Shown here one piece after another: positions 1-7,892 of a DNA stretch of 64,000 bases; the stretch's first letter is position 1; the number at the start of each line of letters is the position of its first letter. Both the position numbers and the translations under genes were made by a program. The DNA is from Sedimentisphaeraceae bacterium JB056. GTDB lineage: Bacteria > Planctomycetota > Phycisphaerae > Sedimentisphaerales > Sedimentisphaeraceae. The notes under the pieces are model-generated. The model had not been told where the DNA came from. It searched no databases and saw only the letters and a list, made by a program, of their open reading frames with translations. Location of the stretch: the NCBI GenBank assembly GCA_044440125.1, contig JBITAJ010000006.1:1-64000 (forward strand), written 5' to 3'.

Positions 1-140
1 ACCTTATTAACAGTCTTACAGAGCAGTCCTCTGGATACATCAAGCTTGATAATATCCTTAAAAAACTGCTTTATCGTAGAATAGGACATATGACAGGCGC
101 CTTTCATATACGCCGCCATCGATGTGATATCTGCTCCCAG
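1..140 (-). mobile_element. IS66-family transposase (TnpC) internal fragment, 5'-truncated; continues off the left edge
   Basis: Manual minus-strand translation from 140 gives LGADITSMAAYMKGACHMSYSTIKQFFKDIIKLDVSRGLLCKTVNK, matching the IS66 TnpC pattern 'G..l.a..aylkg.ch.Sy..i..f..d...i.isrG.l'. The upstream frame becomes unrelated (DLTPFRS). Confidence 0.7.
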
Positions 141-217
141 AGAACGAAACGGGGTCAGGTCTCTTTTTTTTACTACTTAACATTGTTATTAACAATTACT
201 TATACACAATATGCCAA

Positions 218-409
218 TTGGAAACAATACCGCTGACATACAATGGAATAGAAGAAATATTAGGCAATAAACTGGCAAAATCTGCATATATTCACAGACC
301 GTGGTGGTCTAACAGCGGACAAGTACACTCACCCGCATGGACTGACGCCGGCTGGAAAGTCTCCAAAATCGAAATGGGTCAATGGGTTGAATTCACTACA
401 ACAAAATAG
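218..409 (+). CDS. Small DUF7662-like protein, possibly a remnant lacking its N-terminus
   Basis: Pattern LTYNGIEEILG..L.KSA....WWSN......AW..AGWKV.......VEF; TTG start with no clear RBS. Confidence 0.5.
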   Translation: METIPLTYNGIEEILGNKLAKSAYIHRPWWSNSGQVHSPAWTDAGWKVSKIEMGQWVEFTTTK

Positions 410-454
410 CTTTTGCCCAGAGCATCCAATTTATCACAGTGCTATACACCCGCC

Positions 455-580
455 GCTAATAGCTGACAGCTAAAATCTACTTCATGCTCTTAATTATCTT
501 CATGGTAGAACAAAAAATATAGTAAATTCTGTAATCCTGTCAAAAAAGTGTCAGTCCGTGTAAGTCTGTGAATGTCAGTG
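455..580. repeat. Cluster of four adjacent degenerate tandem micro-repeats (periods 7, 9, 8, 10)
   Basis: gctaata-gctgaca-gctaaaa (455-475); cttcatgct-cttaattat-cttcatggt (480-506); aattctgt-aatcctgt (525-540); tcagtccgtg-taagtctgtg-aatgtcagtg (551-580). Confidence 0.6.
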
Positions 581-695
581 TATTATGACTTATTTGTTAA
601 AAAATTAAATTTACTAAAACTTTGCCATCAAAGGCTTTAGGGTGTGATTCTGATTGGATTTTGCTGGCGAAAATAAAAAAAAGTGAAAATTCCAC

Positions 696-723
696 TTGTT
701 TGGTTTTTGTTCGGTGTTATAAT
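696..723 (+). promoter_or_regulatory. Sigma70-type promoter for recA (extended -10)
   Basis: TTGTTT (696-701), 16-nt spacer, TGn-TATAAT (TATAAT at 718-723). Confidence 0.6.
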
Positions 724-739
724 GAATTGCAGTATGGGA

Positions 740-830
740 GTTAGAATTCAGTATATAGAATTTAGAATTTAGAATGTAAATGGCTTTGCCGTATTTTCTA
801 CTTGCTTCTATCTGCTTTCTTCTAAACTTC
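740..830. repeat. Heptamer-repeat/hairpin element in the recA leader
   Basis: TAGAATT at 742, 756 and 763 and TAGAATG at 770, then GGC-TTT-GCC and a TTCTA-rich complementary arm. 781-801 matches 62510-62530 at 20/21 nt. Confidence 0.65.
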
Positions 831-904
831 TTTGGTTATGGGCGAAGCCCAAGTTAGTGTACTCGAAAATAAACAGTTCGGTTGTTCATTACCGGGAGAT
901 CAAT

Positions 905-1990
905 ATGGCTAAGACAACAAAAAAGAAAACGACGAAAAGTACGGCTGCGCAAAAAAGAGCAGAAGCTTCTGAAGCAGCAAAACCATCCGCTAATCCCGCT
1001 CTCCAGCGTGCGATAGATCAGATAGAGAAGCAGTACGGCAACGGCTCGATCATGAAGATGGACGGCAACAGTTCTCTTGACGTTGCATGTGTAAGTACCG
1101 GAGCTTTGTCGCTTGATCTGGCACTTGGCGGAAGAGGAATTCCTCGCGGCAGAATCATCGAAATATTTGGTCCTGAGTCATCAGGTAAGACGACTCTTGC
1201 CCTTCATTCAGTCGCCGAAGCTCAGAAGGTTGGCGGCGTGGCTGCGTTTATCGATGCTGAGCACGCTCTGGATACTACCTGGGCAAAGAAGCTTGGTGTT
1301 GATGTTTCTGGGCTGCTTGTCAGTCAGCCGGAGACAGGTGAGCAGGCTTTGGATATCGCGGAAATGCTCGTTAAGAGCAATGCCGTTGATATTATTGTCA
1401 TAGACTCTGTTGCGGCTCTTGTGCCGGCAGCGGAGATAAATGGTGAGATGGGTGATTCGCATGTTGGTTTGCAGGCAAGGCTGATGAGTCAGGCTATGCG
1501 TAAACTCACAGGCGTGATCAGCAAGAGTAAGACAACTCTGATCTTCATCAACCAGATACGTCAGAAAATTGGCGTTATGTTCGGCAATCCTGAGACGACA
1601 TCCGGCGGTAACGCACTTAAGTTCTATAGCTCTGTAAGACTTGATGTCCGCAGGATAACAACACTTAAGGATGCCGGTGGAAATTCTATTGGCAACAGGG
1701 TCAGGGTGAAGGTTGTTAAAAATAAGATTGCTCCTCCATTTAAGCAGACTGAGCTTGAAATCATGTTCGATAGCGGCATCAGTCTTTTAGGTGACTTGAT
1801 TGATATGGCGGTCAATAATGAGATAATAGGAAAGAGCGGGGCATGGCTCAACTACGGCGAGATGAGGTTGGGTCAGGGCAAGGAAAATGCCAAGGCGTTC
1901 TTGATGGAGAACAAACCTCTCGTTGATGAAATAAAGCAAAAGCTCCTCGAAAAACTCGATCTCGCTCCAGTAAAAGAAACCGAAAAGTGA
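905..1990 (+). CDS. recA: Recombinase RecA
   Basis: GPESSGKTT Walker [27 protein letters not shown] 905 follows GGGAGA, so it is preferred over the ORF-track start at 857. Confidence 0.98.
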   Translation: MAKTTKKKTTKSTAAQKRAEASEAAKPSANPALQRAIDQIEKQYGNGSIMKMDGNSSLDVACVSTGALSLDLALGGRGIPRGRIIEIFGPESSGKTTLALHSVAEAQKVGGVAAFIDAEHALDTTWAKKLGVDVSGLLVSQPETGEQALDIAEMLVKSNAVDIIVIDSVAALVPAAEINGEMGDSHVGLQARLMSQAMRKLTGVISKSKTTLIFINQIRQKIGVMFGNPETTSGGNALKFYSSVRLDVRRITTLKDAGGNSIGNRVRVKVVKNKIAPPFKQTELEIMFDSGISLLGDLIDMAVNNEIIGKSGAWLNYGEMRLGQGKENAKAFLMENKPLVDEIKQKLLEKLDLAPVKETEK

Positions 1991-2009
1991 TTGTCACAGA
2001 CTTTTAGAG

Positions 2010-2050
2010 AAAAAAGGCCGCATCTGAAAAAAAACAGATGCGGCCTTTTT
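2010..2050. terminator. Bidirectional intrinsic terminator between convergent recA and fkp
   Basis: AAAAAGGCCGCATCTG-(A)n-CAGATGCGGCCTTTTT. Confidence 0.85.
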
Positions 2051-2068
2051 GCTTTATTGCATGATTTA

Positions 2069-5000
2069 TCAGCAAACAGTGACTGTAAGTCCAGAGTTAT
2101 TTATTGAGTAATCAAAGAATCTCGCTTTGTCATTGGGCGGTTCTTTTTCAAGGGTATTTCTTATTAAGGCAGCATTTTTGCTGTCCTTGGCGCATATCAG
2201 CAGGAATCCTCCTCCGCCTGCTCCAAGCAGTTTCAGGCCTGCGGTATATGGTTTGATTTGCTCGATTATCTCTTCAATTTTTGGGTTGGTAGAGTCGGGG
2301 TCGAGTAGTTTATTTTGCTGCCAGCAGGTATTTACACCTTCAGCGAACCTGTTGTACTCCTTTTTCATCAGACAATCGGCCATTATCTCTGCTTGTTTGT
2401 GTATGTCCCGCAAAGTATTCATGGATTCTCTGTCGCAATCAAATTGATTTGAGACGACTTTTCCAAGAATATTTTTCGCCAGCCTTGTAACGCCGGTATA
2501 GTAAAGCATGGTCAAGCCGCCGTTGATTGAAGGCGCTACGACATCGGCAGGTAGATAATTTACTGCAGGGGCAGGTGTTATCCCCGGCGATGATATCGCC
2601 AGTTTTGCACCGGGAAGAACTCCGCCGAGCTGATCTTGCCAACCGCCTCCGGTGGTCAGAGCCTGTTCGAGTTTCAGAACTTGATAGAAAAGTTCTCTGT
2701 TATCGAGTTGTTTACCCATTATCCGGTTGATTACAGCAACAAGTGCAGCTCCAACTATACTTGATGTTCCGAGTCCGCTGCCTTTTGGAATGGCTGCGAG
2801 AGTTGTTATCTCTATTCCGCCTCCGAAATTCGTAAGCATCTTTTTCAGAGTGGTGTTCAGTGGCCATTTTGCGGTATAGGGAGAAAACCCACACAACGCT
2901 AAAGCCGCTTTTGCAAGTCCAAATTCACTGCTTGGCTGCCCGTAATTGAGAAGGTCTTCAAGCGTGCTTATCTCTATTCTGACTCCAAGGTCTATTGAAC
3001 CGATCTTAATGACTGGCTGGGGTACTACTCGTGCATAAACATGTATGGGGGGTTGCCCATTCAAGTCGGCCGCGACATTCATGACCGATCCTCCATAAAT
3101 CAATGAATAGGGAGGTGTGTCAGACCAGCCGCCTCCAAAGTCCATTCTTGCAGGGGCTCTACCCCAAATTATTTCATCTGTACGCAGATGGTTTTTCGGA
3201 AGGGGGATAGTGCTGTTGGTTCTGCTTCCGATTATCGATTTTGACATGGATTTGAATGCGGCAGCCTTAAGATCGGATGTTTTAATGCAGTTGCTCGAAG
3301 TCAGTTCTTCAAGCCAGGTAAGCAGTTCGGTAGGGAGTATGTCTTTAAGTTGTGGCAAGATATCAAACAAAACAGCATCTTTTTGAAAAGTAATTTCCAG
3401 TGCTGCTCCGAGTGAATGGCTTATTCTGGGTATCATCCACCATGATCCGGTCTGTGATATATCAGTGTTATGAAGGTTAAAGAGTGTTTCGAGAATTTTT
3501 GCCGTAAAGGTTGTTGCATTATCGCTGCTTTTTATGCTCAATGCAAGCTCTTTTGCCGAAAAGCCACTTTGTTTTGAGAACAGCTGCATAGGGTTCTCTT
3601 GTATAATCTTGGCTCTTATTCTGTTTCGCCGGTTAAAGAATTCTTCCTGATCGGTTTTCTCGGCTATATCTTTTAAGCTGTATCTGCGTGTGTGTTTCCA
3701 CTTTTTTGTATATTCAGGGTTTGGGATGCTGTCAGAGTAGAAAGCAAGCCATTTTGAAATGTTTATGTCGCCATCAAGAGAAGGAAATAGTTTGGCTGTC
3801 CATAGTGTCTGTTCTTCTGTATCTTTGGTTGGTACCTGCGGCCATAGCTCATTGAGGCTCAACTCTCTTTCTTGGAGCCAGTCAGTTACTGGTCTGTTGC
3901 AGAATAATGCATCTTCACTTACTTTCCTCTTGAACCCATCCATTATTCCATAGATACGCAGAAAAGTAGAACTCTTCCCATTATCCTCTTTAGCTTTAGT
4001 GCAATCAACGCACATTTTTTGCGGTATAATCAATGGCTCGTTTATATCAACTCCACTGATTACGTTGTTGCCTTGCAGAGTCAGCTTTGAGGATATCTTG
4101 CATGATTCAACCCATGAATCCTTACCGTTGACTTGGCTACCTTCGGAAATGATATTGTTGATTGAAAGACAGGTGTCAAGTACGGATGCATTGGCATCGT
4201 TTCGCAGAAGTGCCAGTCCGCTTTCTGTAATCTGTGAACTTTTGCCAAAATGCAGAAAATCGCATGAAGGTAATATGCCTACGCAGAACTCTATGTCTTT
4301 CAAGTCATCGAATATTGGTTTTCGAAGCTCGAGGGGCCACTGTGAGTTCAATTGCTCCATAAGGTCGTTATAGGATTTGAAATTTGCTTCGTAACCCAAA
4401 GCGCAACAAATCTCCTGGTAAAAATCAATACCTGAAGAGAAAAGAGCCTTTCCCCTTTCTCCTGAAAAACTGGATTTGCCATCAATTGTGGAGAATCCAG
4501 CGACCTTAAGAAGCTTAATTGCAGTTTCAGCATCAAAGTTCATGATTCCTATGTCAAGATTTGATTTGCCGAAAGCATTTGTGGCTCCCAATAGAGCTTG
4601 CTGTTCGATTGTAGGTTTTTGCAGGAATTTCTTGACCTTGTTACCTTCTGATTTTATGAAAACTCCGTGTTTCGATGCCTGAGCTGGAGACGCTGATGCG
4701 GCCAGTCCGGTTATTCCCTCCGGGGAGAAAACGACTTCGTCGGGATCGAATCTCAGCAGTACGTCGCCGGCAGTTATTATTATTTGTCCCTGCTGTTTTT
4801 CAGGCTTGGGAAGGGCGAGATATGTGGGCAATTGTTTGTCGAATAGAGTAGTTGGCAGGGGTGTGTCATTGTTGCCTGGAACTGGTATAAATAATTTACC
4901 GCAAGGGCCGTATGCAGGCAACCTTTTGGAATCACCACCTGCGTGAACTATAAGGATTCGGAGCTTTTTGAGGATATTTTCCGGAGATTGATCTCCGTTT

Positions 5001-5200
5001 TCAAGATGGGATTCTATTACTTTGCTCAGACAAAATAACGTAGATCCGCCGCTTCCGATTCTTTTGCCGCCAGGATCAGCTATTACAAGAGTGTTGCGTA
5101 CTTGTGACAGCAGGCCGAGTTCTTTCCGAATATCAAGTTGTTTTTGGTATCCCTTTGCCTGTGAATCATTTGAGGCAGTTATTATAAGATAATCCCACAT
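2069..5200 (-). CDS. fkp: Bifunctional L-fucokinase / GDP-L-fucose pyrophosphorylase (Fkp/FKGP)
   Basis: N-terminal DPGGKRIGSGGST and HAGGDSKRLP; C-terminal GHMP kinase motifs PARMDFGGGWSDTPPY, PKGSGLGTSS, GGGWQDQ, GAGGGGF. Confidence 0.9.
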   Translation of the reverse strand: MWDYLIITASNDSQAKGYQKQLDIRKELGLLSQVRNTLVIADPGGKRIGSGGSTLFCLSKVIESHLENGDQSPENILKKLRILIVHAGGDSKRLPAYGPCGKLFIPVPGNNDTPLPTTLFDKQLPTYLALPKPEKQQGQIIITAGDVLLRFDPDEVVFSPEGITGLAASASPAQASKHGVFIKSEGNKVKKFLQKPTIEQQALLGATNAFGKSNLDIGIMNFDAETAIKLLKVAGFSTIDGKSSFSGERGKALFSSGIDFYQEICCALGYEANFKSYNDLMEQLNSQWPLELRKPIFDDLKDIEFCVGILPSCDFLHFGKSSQITESGLALLRNDANASVLDTCLSINNIISEGSQVNGKDSWVESCKISSKLTLQGNNVISGVDINEPLIIPQKMCVDCTKAKEDNGKSSTFLRIYGIMDGFKRKVSEDALFCNRPVTDWLQERELSLNELWPQVPTKDTEEQTLWTAKLFPSLDGDINISKWLAFYSDSIPNPEYTKKWKHTRRYSLKDIAEKTDQEEFFNRRNRIRAKIIQENPMQLFSKQSGFSAKELALSIKSSDNATTFTAKILETLFNLHNTDISQTGSWWMIPRISHSLGAALEITFQKDAVLFDILPQLKDILPTELLTWLEELTSSNCIKTSDLKAAAFKSMSKSIIGSRTNSTIPLPKNHLRTDEIIWGRAPARMDFGGGWSDTPPYSLIYGGSVMNVAADLNGQPPIHVYARVVPQPVIKIGSIDLGVRIEISTLEDLLNYGQPSSEFGLAKAALALCGFSPYTAKWPLNTTLKKMLTNFGGGIEITTLAAIPKGSGLGTSSIVGAALVAVINRIMGKQLDNRELFYQVLKLEQALTTGGGWQDQLGGVLPGAKLAISSPGITPAPAVNYLPADVVAPSINGGLTMLYYTGVTRLAKNILGKVVSNQFDCDRESMNTLRDIHKQAEIMADCLMKKEYNRFAEGVNTCWQQNKLLDPDSTNPKIEEIIEQIKPYTAGLKLLGAGGGGFLLICAKDSKNAALIRNTLEKEPPNDKARFFDYSINNSGLTVTVC

Positions 5201-5621
5201 GTATATATTCCTTTGTGGTTTTTTAGTATTTATACCTATGACCTTAAATCTTTATTTTAGCTAAATTAGCTTTCAATTCAATAAACTTTCAAGATTATAA
5301 AAATCTACTCCTATTTGTTCTTAAATGTTGTGAATTAGGGCAAGTTAGTGTAAAAAACGATGAGCTGAACAGAGATTGCCTAATTAAGCTATAAGTAAAC
5401 ATGGTTAAATCTCGCCTTTTCTGTTGTTTTAACGGAAAAATAACAGAAAAAACACAATGATATGCTTGACTTTTAGCGGCTTTTATGCAAAATTACGGGG
5501 CTTAACGTCTTTTATTAGATTAGTCTCTACCGAATCAATCAACCATGTAATGTATTGTGGTAGATTTTTGTAAATAAGTCGAGTTAATAATAGAAATTAG
5601 CTAAGTTAAGAAGGATATACG

Positions 5622-7706
5622 ATGTCTGATGACTATAAAAACTTAAGAAACATAGGTGTTATGGCTCATATTGACGCCGGTAAAACAACAGTTACCGAGC
5701 GTATTCTGTATTATACAGGCCGTACCTATAAGATTGGCGAAACCCATGATGGTACTGCCGTTATGGACTTTATGCAGGAAGAGCAGGAGCGTGGTATTAC
5801 GATCACCTCTGCAGCTACAAAGTGTGCTTGGAAAGGCGTTGAGATGAACCTCATCGATACTCCAGGTCACGTTGACTTTACCGCTGAGGTAGAGCGTTCA
5901 CTGCGTGTTCTTGATGGTGCAGTAGCTGTTTTTGATGCGAGTGAAGGTGTTCAGGCGCAGAGTGAGACAGTATGGCGTCAGGGGCAGAAGTATAATGTAC
6001 CTTGCCTTTGCTTCATCAATAAGATGGATAAAATTGGTGCTGATTTTGAAATGAGTACCAAAAGTATCAAGGAAAAGCTTGGTGCTAATCCAGTAGCTAT
6101 GCAGATTCCTATCGGTGCTGAAAACAACTTCGAAGGTGTTATCGATCTGATGGAAATGAAGGCTTATTACTATGTTACCCAGAAAACTGGTGCTAATGTA
6201 GAAGAGCGTGAGATACCTGCTGAACTCAAAGATCTTGCTGATGCATGGCATCATGACATGGTTGAAAAGATTGCCGAGTGTGATGAAACACTCATGGAAA
6301 AATATCTCGGTGAAGAGGAAATCAGCGTTGAAGAGCTCAAGGCGGTTGTACGTGAAGAAACAATCAACTGCAGAATGAACCCTGTTTATTTTGGTTCAGC
6401 TCTTAAAGATAAAGGTGTGCGTCTTCTTCTTGACGGCGTTGTAGAATACCTGCCATGTCCTACAGAAAGGCCGATAATCGTTGGTCTTGATCCTAAGGAT
6501 GAAGAGAATACATTTGACGTTAAGTGTGATCCTAACGGTCCGCTTGTTGCTCTTGCATTCAAAATTATGCATGATAAGCACGGCGACCTTTACTTCCTTC
6601 GTATATACCAGGGAACTCTTAAGTCTGGTTCACGTGTTGCTAACTCTACACGTAACGGCAAGGAAAACATTACACGTCTCTTCGAGATGCATGCTAATGA
6701 TCGTAAGATTGTCGATGAGGCTAAGGCCGGTTCAATTGTAGCTTGCGTTGGTCTCAAGGATACCCTTACAGGTGATACTCTTTGTGATACCAAGACACAG
6801 ATTCTTCTTGACAGCATTAACTTCCCCGATCCTGTTATCAGTATGAGTATTGAGCCTGCGAGCAGTTCTGACCGTGCTAAGCTCGGTGATGCTCTTGGAA
6901 GGCTTCGTCGTGAAGATCCTACATTTGTAACAAAGTATGATCCTGAAACAGGTCAGACTATCATCAGTGGTATGGGTGAGCTTCACCTTGAGATTCTCCA
7001 GCACAGAATTACACGCGAGATGGGTGTTGATGTACGTGTTGGTACACCTAAGGTTGCTTACAAAGAATGTATTACTAAGAAGGTTCAGCAGGAATCTAAG
7101 TTTGTTCGTCAGAGTGGTGGTCGTGGTCAGTATGGTCACGTCATTATCGAGATGGAACCAATCCTCGAAGAAGATGGTAATGTAAGCAACAAGTTTGAAT
7201 TTGAAAGCAAGATTGTTGGTGGTTCAGTACCCCGTGAATACTGGAAGCCGATTGAGAAGGGCTGCCGTGAAGCAACTGCCAGCGGTTCGCTTGCCGGTTT
7301 CCCGGCTGTAGGTATCAAAGTTACTCTGCTTGATGGTTCTTTCCACGCGGTTGACTCTTCGGAAATGGCGTTTGAGCAGGCCGGTTCACTTGCCGTTAAA
7401 GAGGCAATGGCGAAGGCTTCTCCAAAGCTTCTCGAGCCGGTTATGAAGCTTCAGGTTGTTGTACCTGAGAGCAACTTCGGTCCGGTTCAGGCCAACCTTA
7501 TTTCTAAGCGTGGTCTTGTTACTGACAGTGCCGTTAACGGCCAGATGCGTATTCTTGATGCACAGGCTCCGCTTTCAGAGCTCTTTGGTTATACAAGTGA
7601 GCTTCGTGGTGCTACACAGGGACGTGGTTCATTCTCAATGGAACCTCTCAACTACGAGAAAGTACCTGATCAGATCGCTACAAAGATCCTTGCCGGCAAC
7701 GCGTAA
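5622..7706 (+). CDS. fusA: Elongation factor G
   Basis: [55 protein letters not shown]. Confidence 0.97.
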   Translation: MSDDYKNLRNIGVMAHIDAGKTTVTERILYYTGRTYKIGETHDGTAVMDFMQEEQERGITITSAATKCAWKGVEMNLIDTPGHVDFTAEVERSLRVLDGAVAVFDASEGVQAQSETVWRQGQKYNVPCLCFINKMDKIGADFEMSTKSIKEKLGANPVAMQIPIGAENNFEGVIDLMEMKAYYYVTQKTGANVEEREIPAELKDLADAWHHDMVEKIAECDETLMEKYLGEEEISVEELKAVVREETINCRMNPVYFGSALKDKGVRLLLDGVVEYLPCPTERPIIVGLDPKDEENTFDVKCDPNGPLVALAFKIMHDKHGDLYFLRIYQGTLKSGSRVANSTRNGKENITRLFEMHANDRKIVDEAKAGSIVACVGLKDTLTGDTLCDTKTQILLDSINFPDPVISMSIEPASSSDRAKLGDALGRLRREDPTFVTKYDPETGQTIISGMGELHLEILQHRITREMGVDVRVGTPKVAYKECITKKVQQESKFVRQSGGRGQYGHVIIEMEPILEEDGNVSNKFEFESKIVGGSVPREYWKPIEKGCREATASGSLAGFPAVGIKVTLLDGSFHAVDSSEMAFEQAGSLAVKEAMAKASPKLLEPVMKLQVVVPESNFGPVQANLISKRGLVTDSAVNGQMRILDAQAPLSELFGYTSELRGATQGRGSFSMEPLNYEKVPDQIATKILAGNA

Positions 7707-7731
7707 GCATAACGGTATAGATAAAAATATC

Positions 7732-7773
7732 AAAAGCGGGTATGAGCTTAATTGCTTATATCCGCTTTTTTTT
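7732..7773 (+). terminator. Intrinsic terminator after fusA
   Basis: AAAAGCGGGTATGAGC...GCTTATATCCGC followed by a T-run. Confidence 0.8.
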
Positions 7774-7892
7774 GTGTATGGTTTAATGTTCTTTTGTGTA
7801 TAAATTGTTTTGAAAATGGCTGTATTCTATTATAATCGAATTTTCGTACATTAAAGTGTTGCAGAAAAAGAAATTGAAGAAAGTAGTTTTTT

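Noticed and set aside
857..904. Upstream starts in the ORF track (857, 22226, 31903, 55309, 61432, 62042)
   Set aside because: Downstream ATGs fit the RBS, signal peptides or family N-termini better; some extensions are translated repeat DNA.
680..905. LexA/SOS box upstream of recA
   Set aside because: No convincing match to CTGT-N8-ACAG or GAAC-N4-GTTC, and I do not know the lineage-specific motif.
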